From contig OZ316893.1 of assembly GCA_973895155.1 (NCBI GenBank), positions 26,896,798 to 26,960,797 on the forward strand: a stretch of DNA of 64,000 nt, read 5' to 3'. This stretch comes from Marsupella aquatica (taxonomy: Eukaryota > Plantae > Marchantiophyta). This document shows positions 1 through 14,044 of this stretch, piece by piece (position 1 is the first letter of the stretch; every line of letters starts with the position of its first letter). The notes under the pieces are model-generated. The model did no database searches, had not been told where the DNA came from, and worked only from the letters and a program-made list of their open reading frames with translations. The position numbers and the translations under genes are program-made.

Positions 1-1153
1 TAGTCATGCTGGTGGACTATTAAAATCTTTAGAAGAGAAATCAGAATATTACAGGACACTCTGCAACCTGTCGACAACGCCATAGATTGGGGTGACGTGA
101 CCAAGCTCCTCAGAAATCAATCAGTGAGCATGCTCCTGAGGATTAACCACGTGGCACCAACATTTTATGCAGGAAACACAAGCAACATTTTGCGCTCTCC
201 TCTGCTCCCAAATGAAACAATCACCATACACCCATGATGTAGATTGGAATTGTTTAATAAAATTCGTACAACTGCCAACTACATCATGAATTGTAGCCTC
301 ACATTGAGTTACAGGGCCTCAAAGGCACGAAAGGAACGTGTGTTTACATTATTGTTGCAACATGATCGGATCTGCTATGCTTTGATCTATGCTGCTCGTC
401 TCTCCTCCCATCGAAGGAAGGAAGAGAATTGCTGGCTTGCTTTTCAGGAAAGCGGTGCGTTGGCTGGGTTATGGATTTCCAGACCGCTTCTTCAGCCAAC
501 GCCCGTTCTGTAGCTCTGTTGTGAAGCTCAGGTGGGTTTTGTTTCCTTCTCCAGAAACAAATTGAAAAACTTTAGAGCTTGAGTTTTACATCGATTTCAT
601 GGAATATAACAACTTGATTTATTGCTTCTTTCTTTCGGATGGCTTAGGCTGGTTCGACATCAATATCCTGATCTGTCGACCCACCGCCGTTTACTTTGGC
701 TTTCTTGTTTGGTGTCTTGGAATTTCATTACAGACATTCGTCCATGCTTTCGTCTTGGACAGGATCATTATTTCCGTCCGGTACGGGTGAAAAGCTGAGA
801 GAAGAAGCAAGCACTACCTTGAAAGGGATAAATGAGTTGGATTACGACACATATGGGATGTCCTAAAATCTTCCTGACCTCCAATATATTCTGCCCGTGT
901 TCATCACAGATGTGGGATTTTTTGGCACCCGTATGAGCAGCAGTATTCCACAGCGTCAGCCAACTTCAAAATGGATGTCGCTGCCTTGCTAACTTTTGGC
1001 AGAAGCTGTCTCATCACCGTGGCAGACAGCCTGTAGTGATCGAGAAGTGATCTTTCACCTGGTCTTTCTTCAGAATCTGCAGAATCTGAAACGGCTCACA
1101 AAGCACTTGTCTTTCCTGAATGTTTTGGTCAAGATTCAATTGAACTCCAAAAC

Positions 1154-4100
1154 ATGGATATACTGGAACTTTGGCCGGTTATCTTGTCTGTGGTGCTGAT
1201 TTGTGTTTTTTTTATCCTTGGTATTGTTCTCATCTTATTGCATGAGTTTCCTAGAAATAAGCTTGAGGGAGAGCACAAAGAAGTGGAAGAGTTTTCTGCC
1301 AAGGTAACCGAGAACCCGATAGTTCTGAGAAAAGAGACATGGCAGGCATGGGCTGGTGCACTACACCCAAGCTGGTTACTGGGGCTTCGACTTCTCGCAT
1401 TCCTCTATATGTTGGGATTGTTGATTACAGTGAGACTTCAAAGAGGAAGCTGGTTTTATTTTTTCTACTACTATACAGAGTAAGTTTGCTAGCTATTTGT
1501 ACTCCTTTCCACCTGGCTCTTTGTACTAGGACGTCTATTATGTACCAATCACGTTTACTGGAGAAGTTGTTATTCACCCATCCATCATCGTTTTACAATA
1601 ACCCTTCATGAGATTAATTTGGAGCCAGGGGTATGGCAATAACCCTGAATGACACGTTGATTAATTTGTAAGCCAGGGGTATGGCTGATTGCACGAGTGA
1701 TAGCCTAACGTTATCCCTTAGATTTTTTCTGCAGACTGTTCCTTCATTAGTGGATCGATGCGTCAAGGTACTTATGGCCCTAGAAGTTTAGAAGGACTCT
1801 TATGCTTCTCAGCAGCTTCTGAAACACCCACGGTTTCTAGACGTAATTTTAGAGATGAGTTTCCCACTAGACGTGGTTAAGATTCAATCCTTGAAAGACA
1901 CTGGCCAACTTCCTCTCTCTCAAATTGACTGGTCACCTGACTTCAACAATTGCTAAATATTCCACGACATGGTTCGAACATAGCTAGTTGCACTGTTAAC
2001 CAAATCTGGGGTCCATTTACTTGTCACCTCTGACTTGACCGTTGACTCAGGAGTTTTAGCAGAACTTGTTAGAAGGTTAGAAGAGTACTCAGATTGTGTA
2101 CGCTTTTCAGCCAATCTCAATTGTTTTATTCTATGTTAGCGCCAATATAGAGAGAAAAAGATTTCTCATTCACTTACGATAAAATGTTGAATATCCACGG
2201 GGAAAATAGGCATGATCTGGTTTGTCTTCGTGGATAGTATTCAAGTTGTGAGATGGGGTGATTGTGAGCAATGAGAAAGCTCCTTTCGATTCTTACATGT
2301 ATACTTCTCTGACAAGAACTTATACTTTACCTGCGCACTGTGTACTATGAGCAGGTGGTCTCTGACTCTGGTCATTATCTATTTTGGGGTACATGCTCGT
2401 ACTCCTCCATGCCTGTATTACTGTTGCCTTGTGAGGGGAGGTTTAGATGCATTTCTAAGTAAAGATGCTGCTGGTCTTCCTGTGCTGATATATACAACTC
2501 GCCCGGTTTTGGAGCTTAGCAAGGATATTCACCGAGGATACGTTGTTTTCGTGGCAAATAATCTTTGGATTGGATCCAGATTTGCTTTTATTATTCTCGC
2601 TGACATTTTGAGCTTTTGGAACTGAACAGTGTGGAACTGTTGTGAGTATCGTCGGGTACAAGGACAATCTACGCAAACATCAAGGAATCAGTGCTGATCC
2701 GGAAAGTGGTGACTTGCAAGTGGGTCTTTTGAGCGAAAATAGGATTCAAGACGAAAAGGCGGGGTCCTTGGGCTACACTTTGCAAATTCTATTTCAGGTG
2801 TTTTTTCCCAATCCTGTTCTCGTCTGCCTACTGTATGAGTTTTTTCATGCTCTGGTGCTTTGTACATGAAATCTTCCAAATCGCAAGAAAATGCCAACCC
2901 TTCCTAGCTTTGAACTGCGTGCAGTCTAGAAGGAGTTCAATCAAGTTGAATCCAATTACTAAACCAAGAAACTCTCAGAAGCAGAATGGGTAGAATATCT
3001 TAACTCCATCAGCTACATAAAATCCTTACCAGGGAATCAGAGTTGCGCGAAAGCTTAGTTCTGTCATGTCATCACATTGCAATATATACCGTGATATTAA
3101 CATGGTGTTGCGTTGATGCTCTTAGGAAGGTTGGTAGGAAGTGTAAGGAATCAGGGATTACAGAAATTTCTCCCTGGCTGAAAGTTTTTGAGGTATAGTT
3201 AGGTCGTAGGCACTGGATCTGGCCCTAACTGAATTCAAGAAAAGCATCATAATTATGCTTTTTGAAGTTTAAGTTTTTGCTGGATAGTCCTGCACATCTA
3301 TAGCATTCCTTCGAGCTATCTTATTCTTAGCTAGATTCTCACAGAAGTTTTATCTTTATTTTTGAGACAGGATCAGAAAGTCGTCAGACTAAAAGTTGAA
3401 AGTATGCGCTCTGGTTGTGCAGACTGTAGTTCCAGTAGTGTTTCTCACAGATGGTGTTTACTGGACGTTTCTGTATCCATTCTTTCCGGACGACTTTCCC
3501 CACACATTTGTGAGTTTTCATGAGGTTTTCCACGCATGGAGCGCTTGACAATAGAGAAGTTCTTACAGACTCTAATTCCTTGATTTGCCTTCTTCTGAGG
3601 TTGCAATAATCTGTTGAAGGTTTTCATCTTACATCATGATGCTTATGGAAAGGGACCAATTACCTTTAACCTTTATAAAAGCTGGCATGGAGAAGAGTTG
3701 AGCCTAACAGTTTAGAAAATAATTGTTGTAGACAAATGCCTCTCTACACAGCACTTTTATGCCTGCTTTCGTCGCATGACACAGAAACATCCAGACTGGT
3801 TTTGAGCTTCATAAGCTGGTTTCATAAACTTCCGAGCTAACCTTTTCAGTCACTCATGGAATTGTCTATGCAGTCGGAGTTTAATCTGCATGCTTTAAAT
3901 GCTGTGTTTGTGGTTGTTGAGCTCTTTCTAAATTCCATGGTAAGCACCTGCGCCTCATATATTTCTTCAATACTTCCGCTCTCAATTTGTGACCAAACAT
4001 CCGTTGTTTGATCGTTGGCCATGGTTGGATATGACGAGGGTGTCCAGTAAGTTGTTTTCACTACTGGTGCAGAGATTCCCATGGTTCAGGGCAGCATATT

Positions 4101-4990
4101 TCTTCGTCTGGAGCTGTCTATATGTCTTTTTCCAATGGTCTATGCATACATTCGGACTACTGGAGGAGTAAGTTTTTCAGGATCTCAAGGCTGTCCAATT
4201 CCGAATGTACTTTAACTGCTATTCATATTTCTCTGGATCAGCTGAATCTTATCAGGGCAATCATTAGATCCAAGCTCTTGTCTGCCGGCAAGAAGTGAGA
4301 GTTCACGCCAGAGTCTAGATGGCCTTACTGAGCTAAATAGTTTGTTGACGTGGTTATTATTTTGTGCAGAGATGTATGGCCATACCCGTTTATGAACATC
4401 GCCAGCACATATGCTCCCCTCTGGTTAGATCTTGCACCTACCTGATTTGCTGGTCATTTAGGTACACTCAGTTTGCAAAAAGGACTCCGATCGTTAGTCC
4501 AAATCTAAACTCAAATTAGGGAATGGTCAGATGTCAAATGAGCAAGTTTTCTAGAGGTGACAAGCATCACACTTGCAGTGAAATCCAGGTCAATTTATGT
4601 GGGTGGTAAAACCTTCTCATCCACAAGCGTTTCGTTTTCCTGTGAAGAAAACATCTGCTCTTGTGGGCTTTGAGTTTGTCTACTTTTATTCATCAATTTC
4701 GTCAGCATGAATGTGGTGTATGTAGCAAGGGCTTCCCATCCTTCTGAGCCTCAATATGAAGAGTTGATCTTCAATCACAGAGACGAATCAGAAAACCAAA
4801 ACTGACATTGAAATCACGTACTGTTTGTTGCAGGTACCTAGTTATAGGGGTTCTTCACATCGCCGCTTATGCAATTTCAGCCTTCCTTAACAGACTGAAA
4901 CTATGGCTCCAGGATACTGATGCGTCCATGTCTACAACGGCGAGGCTGTGGTCCTTAGTTACGTCTTTGTTGCCAGGATGCATGTCATGA
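1154..4990 (+). CDS. Multi-pass membrane protein, rolling stone / FAR-17a-AIG1-like plant family; 8 coding exons (1154-1479, 2355-2388, 2630-2797, 3423-3509, 3874-3939, 4073-4167, 4370-4423, 4834-4990)
   Basis: GT-AG boundaries join in frame: ...FFYYYTE|WSLTLVIIYFG|CGTVVSI...LQILFQ|TVVPVVFLTDGVYW...|SEFNLHALNAVFVVVELFLNSM|RFPWFRAAYF...|VWPYPFMNIASTYAPLW|YLVIGVLH; YTxW, LTDxVYW, HxxN and WPYPF motifs typical of the family. Confidence 0.8.
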
Positions 4991-5314
4991 GAAATGCCAA
5001 AAGCCTTTCTGGCGTAGCTCCTAGATTAGATGATTGATCTTTGTCATCCAATTGCAATCGTCTATTGAGTTCATTCCTAGTAGTACTAGTAGGTCGAGAA
5101 AAAACCCCTGGCGTTACTTCAGAAATATAATCCCTACCTTCAATACAAAGGATTGTGTCGAAAATAGTTGTGAATTCTAAATGCCCAGAGTTAACGGGTA
5201 AGGGTTTTGAATTGAACTTTGAGTGCACGGATCTCCGAAACTGACGATGGACAAACTTTTGAGTAGCAGATGCAAAAAAGCGACGAACACGTGTCTTTAT
5301 GATAACAACACAAA

Positions 5315-5775
5315 CGGTCTACATGGAATTGAATTAATCGAATTACTTTCACAAGGAAGCCGGAGAAAGAATGAGCTCACATGTAGCTAGCAAAGGATAG
5401 TTCATGGAGTATCCGGTAGCTCAGTTTATCGTGGGTCTTTGATATCGGTCTAAATGGGATTGAAATAATCGATTTACTTTTGCAAGGACAAGGCAGAAGG
5501 AGTGAGATCACACGTAGCTAGCAAATGATAGTTTAGAGAGTATCCAGTAGCTCAGTTACTGTGGCTGTCTGATATAGTAGTGTTTTAGCTCAATCAAAGA
5601 TTAACAGAAGCGGTCTATATGGAATTGAATTAATCGAATTGATTTTACAAGGAAATGGCAGAAAAAATGGCATCACAATTAGCTAGCAAATGATAGTTCA
5701 TGGAGTATCTAGTAGCTCAGTATAGTGGGTGTGTGATATGATATTGTTTGAGCTCAAACGAAGACACAGGACAAC
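5315..5775. repeat. Three diverged tandem copies of a ~130-165 bp unit
   Basis: GGTCTA..TGGAATTGAATTAATCGA...TAGCTAGCAAA.GATAGTT...GAGTATC..GTAGCTCAGT recurs near 5315, 5447 and 5612. Confidence 0.8.
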
Positions 5776-8504
5776 AACTTCGCAGAAAGTCCAAGAAAGA
5801 CCGTCCAGTTGGGTGGAGTGAAATTTGGATTCTCATCAGTATACTAGCTTTGGTTAGTTTTAACAAAACGGAGGAAGGCAAGTATCTACTGTAGTCTTTC
5901 TAAATGGTCTAAAGAGGTTACAAATTGGACTGATGACCATTAGTTCCCATATGAAATCACATCTCGTGCTTGTAAGGCAAGCCGAGCTTCATTAGAAATG
6001 AGATGGCAAAGTGTACCACATTCCAAAATACATCAACGGAGCCACTTACAATACAACGCTGTGCACGCACTTGCCTCTTTGGGTTCAACAATATTGGTGC
6101 TGAGCACTGGATAGCCACACTAATTTGAGCATCACTTGTATCACCAAGAATTGGAATGAGGATTGCCTGAAGGAACACCAATGTTCAGACTGATGGTTCA
6201 CACTACCCTCCAATAACTAAAAGCCACTCTAAGTATCAACATAATATTCTTCCAGGTTTGATCAATGCGACTCAACCGTCCAACCCTCAAATGTTCATGT
6301 TCAATATGGTGGTGCGCTCTTGAGTTTCAACGGTCCGTGTCGCTGTCCGAGACATCACGGACAATGTCTTCAATTTCTTCAAATTCTTCGATCAATAGCT
6401 CAAATCCTTTCTAAATGTAGAAAATTACATGATATCTACATGTACCGAAAGTATGGTCATCATCCACAGAGCCGTGCGCTATTTTGAGACTATGACTTGC
6501 TTTCTGCATCATAGAGATCAGTTCTATACACCTCTTGTCAAGGACGAACGAGACTGAACTATTGAAAAATAGAGTGAGGGCCAATGGAGGTGCATGAACC
6601 GACAAAGAAAGTAGCAACAAGAAACAAAGATTGAACCGAACATGGCACGATTAGGATACACCAGGTAACCACCATGCAAGAGAGCCGCAGCCAGCACCAC
6701 AGTAAAAACTCGGTCCCGTAGAACAGGCTGCTTCCTCAACCCTATTCTGACTGCGCCAGAGACAATTTTCCTTCGTGTCATATAGATAGCAATCTCACAA
6801 CAACTGAACCACTGTAAATTGCAATCACCATACAGATTGTGCTTTATAGTACCGTAAATAAATATCAAACACACCTTGCAAGATCCAAGGTGCATCCTAA
6901 ATTAAGTAGATCTTGTTATATTGTGGACTAATTGACCGAGCCACTTACAGCTGTTCAGCTCTGTTCAATTATGAGAAAAATTCGCATCAACTAAATATTT
7001 TGATCGCCGCAAAAGGCGCATAATCGAGACATGGGCCTGTGATTTGAAAGGGTTGCAAAGTAACTTACTTAGAGGTAATATTGGAGCGTAGACCAATGGC
7101 ACGAGAAATTTGAAAGGTGGCTTTCGTGGCCCCCGCTTGTGCTCTTCATCCCTGCCAAATAAATAACCTAATGATTGTTATCGCCAAGATCTGTCCTTCA
7201 TTGGTGAGCGAGTTCAGCCATTACGAAACTAACGGCAATAACCAGTCGTTAGGCCATCCATGGAGCGTGGCACAGGGAGTGGTTTTGTAAAGATCTTTCC
7301 CATCAGAGAGCTTATACAGTTGTAAAACAAGAGCAAGAACAACAACTTCCATAGATCCCTCTGAATCTAAGGATGTTTGGAACGAAGCGAGGGATACCTT
7401 GGCATTGACGAAATTTCAAACCTATCACAAAGGTGCCAATAGCGAGGCCCAAGTAAAGCTAATACCTCTGGTTCCTTTCATACATCGTTAGGATCTTTGT
7501 TACATTTCATCAGCCTTAGGTTTGTTTACCCTTGGCTATCCTTCTGACAATAATGGGAGGGATTAAGGGGTCTGACAAAGCTCCCTTGTTAGTGATAAAA
7601 TTCAGCCCCTGCGAAAAGAAGCCACAACAGCCAGCAGACCATGCATGGTGGCCCACTAAACCCTATACCCCTAACTCTGCACCGACTTATCCTCGTTAGG
7701 ACACAAAATAAATTCATCGTGAAATTAAAATACTGATTCCTCTGCCATTCGCAAAAGGCAAATTGGCTGTAGGAAAGCCATTGATCGACAGAAATTCCTT
7801 CTTATTGATAAAAAATCCACCCCTAAGACCTTTCACTGATATTTCCTCCTGAGTGCCCCATAACCTGAAGAAAGCCCTATCCTCGACCTCAATACCTGTA
7901 CGCACTGAAGCTTCTTGCAGCAGTCGCTGGTATCCAGATTGAGACACAACTACAACAATCAAGGCAACCTACATGCAGGCAGGCAGGGAGCTTGTTGTGA
8001 GGGCCATAATCTCGAAGTTGCTCACACCGAGCTATAGACAGATTGCTACAAGCGAGCCCACGAAGGAAACTCATGCACGTCATTTCATTCTCATCGAAAC
8101 CAACTGAATCACTCAAAGTCGCTGACTTGAACGTTTCTAGCCCAAGATTCAAACCACCCACATCAGTTCTCCGCTTCCTGTTTCTGTCCTCCACACCGGC
8201 CTAAGAACAGTTAGCTATTGACGATCCGAACTGGAAATTGATGTCTTACCTTTCTCCTGACATGATGTCTGCGGTAGCGGTCACCATGCTTTGTTCCCAG
8301 CCTGAAATTGGTCCTGCCTGAAATTGTCTCTGATATGTGGCTTCCTACAGCTCGAAGTAGACACGACTGTATGGGTCTATGCAATGGAGCAAATTGTGTG
8401 TAAAGGATGGAAATTTTTCATGAAAGAATAATGGTGTTGTTACTCTCGCTTGTAAAAGTGTGCTTTCATCATGGACAGTCCTCCCTTGTTGTGAGTGAGC
8501 TAGT

Positions 8505-8709
8505 GGCCCTAAACCACACCTGCCCCTACGGGTAACCAGTAGCTCTCATTGTAACATGTTCAAGAATGGACTTTGAGCTCCACAAAAGGTGCTGATTGCA
8601 AAACCTATTTTTGGCAAGTATTCCACAAAAGGTGCTAGTGTTCCACCTTTTATGGTGAATAGTGAGACATGGAATGAGGCTTTCATAGTGGTAGGTGTGA
8701 TTTAGGGCC
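8505..8709. mobile_element. MITE-like element with ~20 bp terminal inverted repeats
   Basis: GGCCCTAAACCACACCTGCC at the left end vs GGTAGGTGTGATTTAGGGCC at the right end; internal sequence shared with 23530-23700 and 50773-51116. Confidence 0.65.
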
Positions 8710-8763
8710 TCTAAAACCTCTGGGTCAACAAGATCTGAGAGTACCAGTTTTGATCTGTGGTGG

Positions 8764-8918
8764 TCACAAGTGTACAGACAAGCTTTTCATTTGCCACAAG
8801 TGTGGGGACAAGCTTTTTCGTGTCTGTCATTTTAGAACAACCTTGATTGTGACGCCACAAGTGTGTGTCAAGCTTTCTCATGTCTGTCATTTTAGTTCTG
8901 GGAAACAACCTTGATTGC
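8764..8918. repeat. Short tandem duplications (30-60 bp units)
   Basis: CACAAGTGT....CAAGCTTT three times; TGTCTGTCATTTTAG and ACAACCTTGATTG twice each. Confidence 0.7.
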
Positions 8919-10768
8919 AAAAGGGCGAGGTTTGAGAGGCCATAATGAGAAGCTACTGTAGTCATGTCTCAACTTGTTAGTACCTCATGACATGGACTCA
9001 TTCTAAAACTAATCAAGCATGGACCCATGGTAAAGCTGGGAGAGCATGGGCCCACTACTAAAATAGAAGAGTGTCAAAATTAGAAATTCAAAGCCCAACT
9101 CGGTGAGATGCAAGTATGAATTTGATGGTAGGTTCTTTGAATTTCTTCTAGTAACTACGTTGCAAATGAGGAGTATTTTTTATTAGGTATTGAATGAATG
9201 CCCTATTATTGTACAGTTTGGATGTTGGGTGAGTTTAATCAATGAGTTAGGTTACATGACATTGTGAGTTAATTTTGATAATGTGGTCTGAACTGGACCT
9301 TTGTCGAGAGTCTCATTCCCATAGTAGTGTCTGTAGAAGATTTTGGATGTTAAGTCCCAGCCAAGCCACCTCAAGGGACCCTCATTTGTTATTTCTGATA
9401 TTATGATTAATCAAGCCCAATGGTTGTGCGTTGCATAGTTGTTTTTGTGACCGTGTTATTATCTCTGTTGTGTTATCTTGTTGCCTTGAAGTGAATGTAA
9501 TATAGTCTAGGTCTCCTGGCAATGTACACTGAGTGAGACTAGAAGCAAACTCTTCTTTGGTGCTGGGGAGGTCACAAACCAAGTCTCACCTTCAGTTCTG
9601 TTGAACAATGCTGAAGGTCATGTCTCCACCACTAAACAGTGCTGACTTTAGGGTGGTGCCTCAAGTTGGTGCCCAGGGCTGTTGTGGGCACAGTCATCTT
9701 ACCACTACTTTTTCAAATTTCTCATTTTTTTAGGATGCTTTATGGTAAGTGAAATTTTGGCCCAAAATGCAGTTTAGTTACAGTAGTACTATTGGCCTCG
9801 AGAATGTACCCAACTCTTTGTTATTGCCCATCATGAGTATTGTTTTACAAGTCACTTTCCAGACAGGTCAACACACCTTTCAATCTGGTCACCAGTAATC
9901 ACCACAAAAATACACACCATCTTCAAAATGGTGAAAACAGTTTCCATCCCTCACTATAATCTTGTGACTGTCTAGTCACCTCAGAAGGTTTGTCCTTACA
10001 CTAATTGGTTCTGCCGGAAATTGTGAATTAGTCCGTAAGCAAGAGCCAACTTCTCATCATGAGAGCAACGAGCTACTGTAGTTCTTGTTCCTCCTCACTA
10101 ATATCACGGAAACTAGCCTTCAGTCCTTCAGTCAATTTATTGAGCCCAACATATATTGCTTCTTGGTGAGAAATACACCCAACAACAAATTCATGGATCT
10201 TCATGGATCTTCTTCTCCGCCTCAGTCCAGCTCTTCCCTGGCTCCTTCTGAACACCTCTCTTTTGCATTGTAAATTCTGTTAGGAAGGCAGGTTACAGGC
10301 ATGTAAACACTTCTGGAGACCCTTGATATTCCCATAATCTGTTGTGCGGAAATAATTTTTTTCCAGACAGTAATTAGGTACATGTCTGGGCAGGGGTTCA
10401 AGCCTGAATCCGGCTCCAGGAAAGTTCTACTAGGTGCTACCATTTCCATAACCCTGTGCCCCACCCCGCCCTGTGTCTGGAAAGTCTTACCTGGTAATTT
10501 TTTCCCAGGCAGGTGTTACTTTATGACAATGCCTTGTGGTACTAGTCTGAAACCTCCTGTTCCCACAAAGCTCAGAAAACTTCCAGGCTGCCTCGGGTCA
10601 GCAACCTCCTGTTCCCACAGCTCAGAAAACAACCTCCTGTTAGCACAAAGCTCAAAAAACTTCCAAGGTGCCTCGGGTCAACATTTCTTCACTTTCTGGA
10701 CCAAAATTGACTAGTAACCCTGGACCAAAATTCTTCACTGGCATGTCACTACTACTGAACCGCTTTGC

Positions 10769-11160
10769 TTAGCCCCTTTGCTTAGCCCTGCCAAGAAGAT
10801 CCACCATGCAGGTAAATTGCACACTGTCAGGCTCGATGCCATAATCTTGTTTCATAACTGAAAAGAGTTTACGACAGTTATCAAGAAGGCCTCCATGACA
10901 ACAAGCTGACAACACTGCTACAAACGTAGTCTCGCTTGGCTTCACAAGGTCCGAATTCATTTTCCCTGAAGAGTGCCAGGGCTTCATGCCCACATCCATG
11001 GTGTGCAAGCTAGTCCACCGATCATTGTGGTCCACGTGACTACATTGCGTTTCTTCATTCTGTCAAAAACTCGTCGGGCTTCATCTATAGTTACTGCCAC
11101 TCTCTGCATACATGTGAACGAGTTCAGTGCCCACACGCAAATCCGACCTCCAGTCTCGAG
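10769..11160 (-). pseudogene. PLS-class PPR gene fragment (C-terminal repeats leading toward the E domain)
   Basis: DEARRVFDRMKKRNVVTWTTMIGG and VKPSETTFVAVLSACCHGGLLD...MKQDYGIEPDSVQFTCMVDLLGRA in broken frames. Confidence 0.85.
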
Positions 11161-11840
11161 CACTGCAATTGAGCCTCGGTTCCCTTCCGTGAGTAGATTA
11201 GAGCAAGACCCGGGACATGAATGCTCCTGAGAATATATTTAGACCAAATTAAGTTCGTCGTATCAACCCTCGAGGTTGTCCAGCCGAGTTCGAAAGCAAG
11301 GACGAAGCCAGTACCCACAGTCAGCATTATCCCAGAGCAGGAAAGAGTACATCTGATCATCGAGACCCAACTCCAAATAATGGGCGACCTGGTTCAAGAT
11401 TTGAAACGAGCTACTTGCGTCGTAAACAACCTCTCCCAAGAACCTCAAACAGAATTTCTTCTACCAATTCAAATCCCAATTCCAATAAGCAGATTGGAGT
11501 GGAATCGAAGAATGTATCCCATAGAGTCTTTGGTTGGATTGAATCAAGTCAAACAAAACACTCACAGCTTGAAAGTGGAACTAGAACTCGTAGTTGACAT
11601 CCCGGTACGTTGACATAAAGCGCATTTAACCAGAAGTACAATAGCGAACAATGTGCTGGAGATTCGAGAGCCGGAACCGTTGTCCGGAGAGGAAGAGGGG
11701 GCAATCTTCAGCTATCCCTGAAGGAGAGGTGACTTCGAATTTAGTAACACAAGACCTGAGAATCGAGGAGCTGCTCAGGAAAGCACCTTGGATGGATGAA
11801 CGGTTAACCCCAGCACGGATGAAGGCAGGGCTCAATTTGA

Positions 11841-13440
11841 TTGCTCCAGGTAGATTGCAATCTCGTGCCAGTTATTGCAGCAGAGTGTGGTCCAGAGACT
11901 CCACAACAGTACGCACATGCACAGCGCTGGTACCCGACTGCAGCAATTGCTGTTTTGCAGAATCGTCTACAACGAGGCATTACTGCTGACTCGTACATGT
12001 TTGTTAGAGTTCTGCACATGTGCTTGAAACAGAAAAACCTTTTAGCAGCCAAGCAGGTTCATGAGTGAATCATCCAGAGTGGAATAGCGAAGAATAAATA
12101 TGTTGTGAGCAGCCTGTTGAATGACTATATCAGGTGCAGGGGATTTTTGGATGCACGGCGAGTTTTTGATGAGCTTGAGAAGAAGAGGGTTGGAACATGA
12201 TGATTGCACTGATCGAGATACGCTAGGAGTGATGTAGCTGAATCCGCACTGGAACTTTTCAAATTAATGTGCCAAGCTGGTCACATATCTGGGCATCCTG
12301 AAGGCTTGTGCCAGGCCATTAGCTTAACATGGGGAAAGCAAGTCCACAAGTGTATTCGACAATGGCGGCTTTGAATCAGATGTTGGTGCATCTGCAAGCG
12401 CGGGGGTTTTGGAGTGGGTGAAGGAGGTTCATGGCCATGCTAACAAAGCGGGACTTGCGAGTCAGATTTGCGTGTGGGCAATGCACCGGTTCACATGTAT
12501 GCAGAGAGTGGCAGTATAGATGATGCCCGACGATTTTTTGACAGATAGGAGAAACGCAATGTTGTCACATGGAATGTGATGATCGGTAACCTTGCACAAC
12601 ATGGATGTGGGCCTAAAGCATATCGACTGTTTCTCCAAATGAGACGTGAAGGCTTCGAACCAGATGCAATCAGTGATTATATGAGCATCCGAATAGCATC
12701 TGCAATTGCGGGATCTTTGGAGCGCGTGAAGGAGGTTCATGGCCATGCTAGCAAAGTGGGACTTAATTGAGAGTCAGAGCGCGTGTGGACAAGTCATATG
12801 TATGTAGAGAGTGGCAGTATAGATCACATCCGACGAGTTTTTGACAGAATGGAGAAACGCGATGTTCAAATGATCATGAATGCAATGATCGGTGGACTTG
12901 CACAACATGGATGTGGGCATGAAGCATGCATATCGTGTTTCTCCAATTAAATGGAACGTGAAGGCTTCGAACCAGATGCAATCACTTATGCAAGTGTGCT
13001 CAATCCATCTGCAAGTGCGGGGAATTCGGAGTGCATAAAGGAGGTTCATGACCATGCTAGCAAAGCGGGACTGGATTCGGATTTGCGTGCACCGCGCTGG
13101 TTCCCTGTATCCAAGGGGTGGCAGTATGGATTAGGCCCCACTGCTTTTTGACGTAATGAGCAAAACGTACTGTAGTCACATGGACTGTAATGAAAGCGGG
13201 ACTTGCAAAACATGGATGTGGGCATGAAATATATCGACGATTTCTCCAAATGCGACGGGAAGGCTTCGAATCATTTATGCGAGTGGTTTGAATATGTACA
13301 TCTGTAATTCGGGGCCTTTGGAGGAGTGGGGGAAGGAGGTTCGTGGCCATTCTAGCAAAGTCGGATTTGCGTGTGAGCATGTATGCAGAGAGCGGCAGTA
13401 TAGGTGATGCCTGACGAGTCTTCGACAGAATGGAGAACCG
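11841..13440 (+). pseudogene. PLS-class PPR pseudogene (N-terminal and central repeats), many stops and frameshifts
   Basis: LQNRLQRGITADSYMFVRVLHMCLKQKNLLAAKQVHE; repeated KEVHGHASKAGLDSDLR, HMYAESGSIDDARR.FDR and LAQHGCG..AY..FLQM.REGFEPDAI units. Confidence 0.85.
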
Positions 13441-13641
13441 TGCACAGCCTCTGCCGTTTCGTCGCTCTGGCATCTCTATAAAAGAGAAGATGGCAAATGC
13501 TTCACATAAGCTTCCATTTAGTATTTTTCTTTTCCAGGAGAAAGCTCCAGCTCCCGCCGATGCGTGCAAAATGCAGTTTACAATTTAGAGGGATGGAAAA
13601 TGGTATTTGCTGTACAATCTAAAGAAGCTACCAAGGAATAT

Positions 13642-13714
13642 GTGTATTGGGGAGTCTTCAAAGTTAATAAGTGTATTGGGGAGTCTTCAAAGTTAATAAG
13701 TGTATTGGGGAGTC
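13642..13714. repeat. 29-bp tandem repeat, about 2.5 copies
   Basis: GTGTATTGGGGAGTCTTCAAAGTTAATAA repeated. Confidence 0.85.
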
Positions 13715-13781
13715 TCAAAGCTTCAAAGTTGCCCATGATGGTTTTTGGCCATAAACATATGGTTGCAGCATTTTCACAGGC

Positions 13782-14044
13782 ATATTATGTAAAAGTTAAA
13801 AATTAAAAAATTCACTAGAAACATATGGTTGTGACATTTTCACAGGAATATTTTGTAAAAGTTATCTTACTTATAAATCTCCAACTACAAGCTAGAGTTG
13901 GGGCCTAGGTTTAATATTATGTAAAAGTTAAAAATTAAAAAATTCACTAGAAACATATGGTTGTGACATTTTCACAGGAATGTTTTGTAAAAGTTATCTT
14001 ACTTATAAATCTCCAACTACAAGCTAGAGTTGGGGCCTAGGTTT
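13782..14044. repeat. Near-perfect 132-bp tandem duplication
   Basis: ATATTATGTAAAAGTTAAAAATT...GGGGCCTAGGTTT starts at 13782 and 13914; one mismatch seen in the aligned part. Confidence 0.9.
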
